Below, one piece after another: positions 43,908-64,000 of a stretch of 64,000 bases of DNA. Each line of letters begins with the position of its first letter. The stretch's first letter is position 1. Below the pieces are notes generated by a model, which was not told the DNA's origin, made no database searches, and saw only the letters and a list, made by a program, of their open reading frames with translations. Origin of the DNA: Chrysomallon squamiferum (taxonomy: Eukaryota > Animalia > Mollusca); NCBI GenBank assembly GCA_012295275.1, contig CM022677.1:28148001-28212000 (forward strand), read 5' to 3'. A program made the position numbers and the translations under genes.

Positions 43908-46058
43908 CTCAAGATAAAGTAAATATTTTTATTTTCTTACAGTTGTCACTATTACACCACCATCAGGAAGTACATCAGGTATACGTGAACTAAAACTGTT
44001 AATAAACTTACATACACACAAACATACACACAAACATACATAAATATGTCATATATGTTGTTGTTGTTGTTGTTGTTGTTGTTCTCGAGATAAAGTAAAT
44101 ATTTTTATTTTCTTACAGTTGTCACTATTACACCACCATCAGGAAGTACATCAGGTATACGTGAACTAAAACTGTTAATAAACTTACATACACACAAACA
44201 TACACACAGATATTCGTATATACATACATACACTCATATACACCCATACACACAAACATACATAAACAAACTTCTATATACATGCATACACACATATACA
44301 ACCACAGACACACTTACATACACATACCCTTATATATAGCCATACACTCAAACAAATACGAACACCTTACATTTCACAGACACACACACGCACAGACACA
44401 GAGACACAAACTCATATAGACAAACATGACTAGATACAAACTCATAAACACATACACACACATACAGACACACACACAGACACAAACTCATATAGATACT
44501 CACTGAATTTGTGTAAAATTTTGTTAAAACATGTGTCTATACCGTTTATTCCCGAATCTGAGATTATAACACATATTAACTGGACACGCCAGTTGTTCTA
44601 TGTCTAGCAGTTTATTTCTCACCCTTACTAATTGGTGTTCCGTCACCTTAGTTGATGTACTTTTGGTAAACAGTATTTTGTCCACAATTTGAAAGCACAA
44701 TCAGTCACACTTTACACAAGCAATGTCCCAGAAAACACTCCACTACAAGCTGACAAGTAGGAAGCCGTGTCGAGGGTACACGTGACGTACTCCAATCCCA
44801 GCTGTACAGCTTGTGCTTGTCTTCTGGTAGTATTCCCTGTCTCCAAATTTTACTGAGATATAACATTAATTTCATGTCTCCAAACATTAATTTTCTTGCA
44901 ATCTCTATTCCGGCTCACCTCTGCTCTTCACTGCTCATTAAAGTTAATCTTGTTAATCGCCCCCTCTGTTCTTCATGTGTCTCAATTGGTCTTAACTGCT
45001 GACGCCAGTTTTCCCATTTCTGGAAGCAGATTAGAACACCTCACCGATTACCTAATCTGGAGACTGCCAGTTTTGGGAACATTCCCAAGTGTGTCTCTAC
45101 TAGCAGAAATAAAACTGATTTGTCTTCACACATCCAGAGTCCAGTTTCAAACTTTATCAGTTTTCTTTTTATTTACTCCTACTCACAGTACTTTTCCTGT
45201 TTGTTTTAATTTTAATTTTTTCTTATTGTTATGTTTTAGTTTTTGGTTTGTTTGTCTTCTTTTCTTTTTTTAAATTTTTTGTTGTTATGATTATGATGGT
45301 AATGGTTATTACTATTGTTGTTGTTGTTGTTTTCTTTCCTTATTTAACATGATGATTATTGTTATTTCTAATATTATTTTATTATTATTTTTGAGTCCAT
45401 GATGATGATGACAGTGATTATTATTATTACTGTTTGTGTTATCATTATTTAACATGATGGTTATTTTTACTGTTATTATTACTAGTATTATTATTATTGT
45501 TGTTGTTGTGGTTGTTGTTGCTTATCATGATGATTATTGTTCGTGTTGTTATTATTGTTTATTATCAATATAATTAACTGTTATTATTGTTGAGTAAACC
45601 AAATGATTCTATTTTTCTGTTATTTTTTTTGCACTGGATGACAACCAAGAACAACATAAATTACAAACCCACTTTCTTTACTAAATATTATTAATATTTT
45701 AAATAAATAATTTTGTTAGTTTTTTTCATTTCATTTTTTTTATTTTTCAATTTATTTATTATATTATTATCATTACATTTTAATTTTAACTTTATTCATT
45801 TATTTATTTATTTAATTATTTATTTGTTTATTTAATTATTTATTTAATTATTTAATTAGTTAGTTACTTATTTATTATTGTTGTTATAATATATCATAAT
45901 TTAAAACTAATTTTATTACTGCTATTATCATAATATCTGATTCTCCGCACTGTGATTATCAAAAATGTACTTTATCAGTTTTAGCTCCTGGTTCAAGCAC
46001 TGCACTGATGTCTGTCTGTACATTGATCCTCTCCAGTTTAATAACAATCAAGTTATAG
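40598..46058 (+). CDS. Small, probably GPI-anchored protein with one 6-Cys RGM_N-like/neuritin-like helical domain (gene A, ~121-145 aa)
   Basis: Exons 40598-40631, 40978-41089, 42143-42252, 43415-43450, 43943-43978, 44119-44154, 45985-46058 splice in frame: [97 protein letters not shown]-([12 protein letters not shown])2[24 protein letters not shown]. Signal peptide; small residues followed by a hydrophobic C-terminus. Confidence 0.82.
40978..41089 (+). CDS. Gene A exon 2, first half of the 6-Cys domain (C1-C3)
   Basis: ACAG acceptor, GC|GTGAGA donor, 112 nt, phase 1-2. Confidence 0.85.
42143..42252 (+). CDS. Gene A exon 3, second half of the 6-Cys domain (C4-C6)
   Basis: TCTGCAG acceptor, A|GTAAGT donor, 110 nt, phase 2-1. 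Confidence 0.85.
43415..44154 (+). CDS. Gene A: three tandem 36-nt S/T/P-rich stalk microexons (43415-43450, 43943-43978, 44119-44154)
   Basis: Each has a TTACAG acceptor and G|GTATAC donor, symmetric phase 1-1; flanking intron sequence is co-duplicated. Confidence 0.7.
44560..45010 (-). mobile_element. Possible decayed non-LTR retrotransposon (LINE) reverse-transcriptase fragment in a gene A intron
   Basis: Minus-strand translation [15 protein letters not shown] resembles the LINE RT-upstream motif LFNKIWxxGxxPxDW, preceded by AINKI and followed by FLGHCLCKV; many stops and frameshifts. Confidence 0.35.
45985..46058 (+). CDS. Gene A last coding exon, GPI-signal-like tail ([24 protein letters not shown])
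   Basis: TTTTAG acceptor (in-frame alternative at 45979), phase 1, TAG at 46056-46058. Confidence 0.75.
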
Positions 46059-46133
46059 AGTGTGACAAGATAAAAATATTTTTATCAGGTGAATATGTTT
46101 TTATCTACATTTATTTATAAATATGAATGTATA

Positions 46134-46199
<66 letters not shown>

Positions 46200-46359
46200 A
46201 CATATTTATTTATTATTATTATTATTTATTTTATTTTATTTTTTTTATTTTTCAGAGATTCATCCTGTGTGGCTGAATTATTTGTATTATTGTTACAACA
46301 GATAATAAAAACAAAAACACTTTTTCAGTTGTTAATTAATCATTCTTTAATGTGAGGGA

Positions 46360-46393
<34 letters not shown>

Positions 46394-46726
46394 ACACACA
46401 CACACATAACACACATACAAACACACACACACATACAAACATACACACACACAATCCACACACATACACACACACAGACACACACATACACACATAGCAG
46501 CCAAAATATATATATTTAAAAAAGTAAAAGTATGAACAGAAAATAATATGGAATTATAATGAAAATTATTTTAATGCATTTTTTGGAAAGAAAAAAGAGA
46601 CAGTATAAATTACATACAAGAAACAAAATGTGTGTAATTTAAGAGAGAAAGAAAGAAAAACAAAATACAAGAGAAAATCTATGTGTATGTATATATTTAA
46701 GAGAGAAAGAAAAGAAAGACAGAGAA

Positions 46727-46814
<88 letters not shown>

Positions 46815-47331
46815 TAAATGACATACAAATTTATGACTTTTGTTCACTATAGCAGTGCTAACAGATGAAGTCCCAATCCTCTCCCAGCCTGGTTTACAAC
46901 AAATCAGTTTCACTTTGAATTTCATCTGTAAACGTACTGAGAGAAATCAAACTACACCTTGGATGAAGTGCATTTCAATATTAATTTTCTACTATGAAAG
47001 AAATCATTTTCTAATTTTAACCAACTTAATGAGAGATTCTATAATCACTAATAATATGTCTGCTAATAGTAATAAATAGTACTAAGTAAAAGTAGTAGTA
47101 AACAACTGTTTTGTTATATAAATGAATAAAATAAAATAAAATAAAATAAAATGAAATAAAATAAAATAAATAATTTAAAAAAAGGGGTCAGTGATTAAAA
47201 AAACCTGATACATAATGATAACAAGTCACATGACTGAACTTTGTGTTGGGCAATGTCTATTTTATAGATAGCATCATTGTCTTAGATTTTCATCATCTTA
47301 GGTTTTAGAAAGAAACATCAGACAAACAAAC

Positions 47332-48392
47332 ATGAGGTATTCTTTTATTGTTTTGGCTGTTTTCTCTGGTGAGTAAACATCTAGATATATAACCTTATTA
47401 CTAGCAAAGAATTACTTTTTATTTTTCATTTAAAAAAAAATTAATGAAGTTTTGCTTTAATGATAATCTTTATTTAATTTATTTTATCCAATATTATTAT
47501 TATTGTTGTTGTTGTTGTTGTTGTTGTTATTGTTATTACTATTATTATTGTTACTGGATTGTTATTATTTTTTGTTATTATTGTTATTGTTACTGTTATT
47601 GTTATTATTATTGTAAAATCATTTTAATAGTAATAAAGTAGTGACATAATTTAGGTGCAGTGATTAAAAAAAGCAGTAACAATAGAACTTTGTAGTAGTA
47701 GTAGATAGTCATTGTTTCAGTATTGATGGTAGTAGAGGTAGCAGCAGAAATAGTGAGAACTAGTTTTACTGTAGTGGTAATACAAATAGTAGAAGTAATA
47801 GTAGTAGTGATAGCAGTGTTAGCGGTGATATGTAGTAACAATTATAGTGTTATTGTTGTAGTAACAGTAGCAGTTGCAGTAATAACAGGAATAGTAACAG
47901 CAATGGAAGCATTGTTGTTATTATACAAATTAATAAACACATTTTTCATAGATACTTTTCTAGGCTATTTTTTCAAGCTATTTCAGCTTTTAACAGTCCC
48001 ATGATATTAACATGTCTGTTTGTCTGTTTGTCTGTTTATTCTGTGTGTTGGTTTGTTTCAAGGTGTTGTTGCTGCAGTGTATGCTGCTTGTAACGTAGAC
48101 TCCGCTGTACGCTGAGAACAGACTTTTAACACAACGCTTCATGCAGCAGGCAACGACAAAGCAAAACTTTGCAAGTAAACATTTTTATATAAGAAATTTT
48201 ATATAAATTTGTGTGTGTGTGTCTGTTTGTCCGTGTGTGTGTCTGTGTGTCTGTGTGTCTGTGTGTGTGTTGTGTGTGTATGTCTGTGTGTGTGTTTTTG
48301 TGTCTGTGTATGTGTTTGTGTGTCTGTGTGTGTGTTGTGTGTGTGTTTGTGTGAGTGTCTGTGTGTGAGTGTCTGTGTGTGTGTCTGTGTTT

Positions 48393-48424
<32 letters not shown>

Positions 48425-49323
48425 CTGTGTGTGTGTCTGTGTGTGTGTGTCTGTGTGTGTGTCTGTGTGTGTGTCTGTGTGTGTGTGTGTCAGACAGAGA
48501 GAAAGGAAAAAAACAAGAAATTGTTTGTGTTATGTATTTGCCTGAGTGAGTGTGAATGTGTGAGAATGAGGTGTGCATGTGTCAGTCTCTGTGTTTGTAA
48601 CATTTTTTATATTATTATTAGTTCTTAATTATTATTATATATTTTTCTTTTTTCAAAGCTAAGAATGTTTCATAATCTGTTGTTGTTGTTGTTACTATTA
48701 TTATTATTCTTTTTTCCAGAGCTGAGAATGGTTTTATTATCTGTGTACAGAACACAGGTTGTGATGAGGGTAAATATAAACAGAAACTGGATAAACTAAA
48801 ACAGGAAATGAAGAAAGATGGATGTCATAAGTAAACAGTCACTTAGTTAATTATTACACAATAATAATATTAATAATAATATTAATAATAATCATGAGAA
48901 GAAGAAGAAGAAGAAGAAGAAGAAGAAGAAGAAGAAGAAGAAGAAGAAGAAGAAAGAATAAAAAGAAAAGAATACATTTAAAACTATCTGGGTCAACTAT
49001 TTCTATAAACATCACAATATACAAAACATCACAATATAAACATCACAATATAAACATCACAATATACAAAACATCACAATATAAACATCACAATATAAAC
49101 ATCACAATATACAAAACGGATGGCTGGTGGATTTTGACACAGAAATAAACACGTGGAGTTAGTTTTATTGAAAACACTTCTGTGTTACTTTATTATAAGC
49201 AATGACTTTCAAATAAAAACTTAATTAAATTAAATATTTATTTTAGATATAGGTGGAGCTAGTAGTGTCACAGTGTCTGTCAGTGCGTTGTTCTTGTCTG
49301 TTGCGGTTTTCATTCTTAAATAG
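47332..49323 (+). pseudogene. Paralog of gene A (gene B), probable pseudogene
   Basis: Exons 47332-47368 (MRYSFIVLAVFS), 48063-48174 (GVVAAVYAACNVDSAVR*EQTFNTTLHAAGNDKAKLC), 48720-48826 (AENGFIICVQNTGCDEGKYKQKLDKLKQEMKKDGC), 49247-49323 (IGGASSVTVSVSALFLSVAVFILK*). In-frame TGA at 48113-48115 replaces Cys2, and the exon-3 donor reads ATAAGT instead of GTAAGT. Confidence 0.78.
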
Positions 49324-49679
49324 AGACAAAAGCTGTGAGTATTGATAATTACTGTTTGTCACTGCTGATATGTTGATACAGTTGATGTGTTGACTTTTAT
49401 CAATACATTTTAGTGTCTTTTAAGGAACTGGAAATCGCAGATTTTTATTATCATTATCATAATCATATCCTCCTCCTCATTATTATTATTATATCATATT
49501 TAGCATTATCATCATTATTCTTTTCACTATCATCGACAGTATGATGATTATCATCATCATCCTCATTTCTACTGCTTCCATGCTACCTTTGTATGTCATA
49601 TTCTCTTAAAAATATGAATTACCTTTGAACCCTGTATAGTAAAAATAAAAATTGGGTCATTAAGGATGCATAAAAGTCC

Positions 49680-49784
<105 letters not shown>

Positions 49785-50718
49785 TTGTGTCTATATATAT
49801 AAAGTTCTAACAGTACATTTTGGAATATTAATTATGTATGTTTTACACACACACACACACTGTATACTATCTATCTATCTATCTATCTATATATATATAT
49901 ATATATATCTTTCTTTGCAGACGACACTGCTATGAGCTGCTGTGATGTGAGAGAATTTTCTTTGTTTTATACAACATCTCCATAGCAACTCACTGGCCAT
50001 ACAAACTTTATTAAAAAATACTTTAATGAAAAACACTGTAATCATTTTAAAGCCTTTTGTTATTTAATTATATCATCATTAGTTGCTCCATATCCAGACT
50101 TAGTTTTAAATATTATAAATATTTCTACTATAAACAAAAACTTATTTTTTAATTATGATTTTTATTTGTTATTTCATTTATTTCTAAAATTATTTCTACA
50201 TGATTATGTGTATTGTACTTGTTTATTTTATCAGTGTGAATTTGATTATTAAAAACTTAGTTAAGTAAATATTTATAATTATTGTTATTTTATATGTTTG
50301 TAAAACGTTTGAAAAAATTTAAATCAACATATTTTTGTTCTGCACTGAAAATTGGATACAGGGTTAAATTATGTATAAATTAATAAACATACAACATCTA
50401 AATTTTAGTCCACTTTCACACACACACAAAGAAAAGAACAATTTTTTTTTTTTATACCTTGCAGAGATAGAAAAACAAACATTTAAATAAAAAAACAAAA
50501 CAGAACAAAGATATCAATAGATTTATTTTGAATTTAGAAAACACATTTTTGATGACTATCATCATATGTGTCTTAAGCCTTGTCTGTCAGTATGAGTAGT
50601 GTGTGTGTTTCTGTATGTTTGTGAATTTGTGATATAATATAAGGACATTAAAACTAAAAACAAAAGATGAAATAACTAAATTTCCAAGAGTAATTGAAAT
50701 ATGCAAGTCAGAGGAAAT

Positions 50719-63885
<13,167 letters not shown>

Positions 63886-63893
63886 CTGTAATT

Positions 63894-63924
<31 letters not shown>

Positions 63925-64000
63925 ACAATAATATTAATAGTAGTAATGCAATTTAATAATAATAATAAAATAATAATAATAATAATAATAATAAAATCAA

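Noticed and set aside
48113-48115. Selenocysteine interpretation of the in-frame TGA
   Set aside because: The position looks like a structural disulfide Cys, a second independent lesion (dead donor) exists, and I could not recognise a SECIS by eye; kept only as a minor alternative.

Overview
Eukaryotic, AT-rich and extremely microsatellite-rich DNA; the composition and gene content suggest an invertebrate, probably a mollusc (inference). Almost all ORFs in the supplied track are simple-repeat translations. Splicing by hand (GT-AG sites, phases checked) gives four gene models. (1) A minus-strand YeeE/YedE (TsuA-like) sulfur-transport membrane protein with 9 coding exons from 27401 to beyond position 1. 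(2) A plus-strand small protein (40598-46058) with a signal peptide, one 6-Cys helical domain, a triplicated Ser/Thr/Pro microexon and a GPI-type tail. (3) A paralogous pseudogene (47332-49323) with a Cys->TGA change and a dead splice donor. (4) A convergent minus-strand gene (>63885-50719) with two Ig domains followed by five copies of the same 6-Cys domain and no membrane anchor. The 6-Cys domain closely follows the cysteine spacing and CxxD motif of the BMP-binding N-terminal helical domain of repulsive guidance molecules (RGM_N), but no vWF-D domain is present. This cluster of stand-alone and Ig-fused RGM_N-like modules is the main candidate for an undescribed system. It shows exon-level duplication, replacement-only divergence between the youngest repeats, and a minisatellite of in-frame alternative splice donors. 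All homology statements are by eye and from memory; no searches were run.
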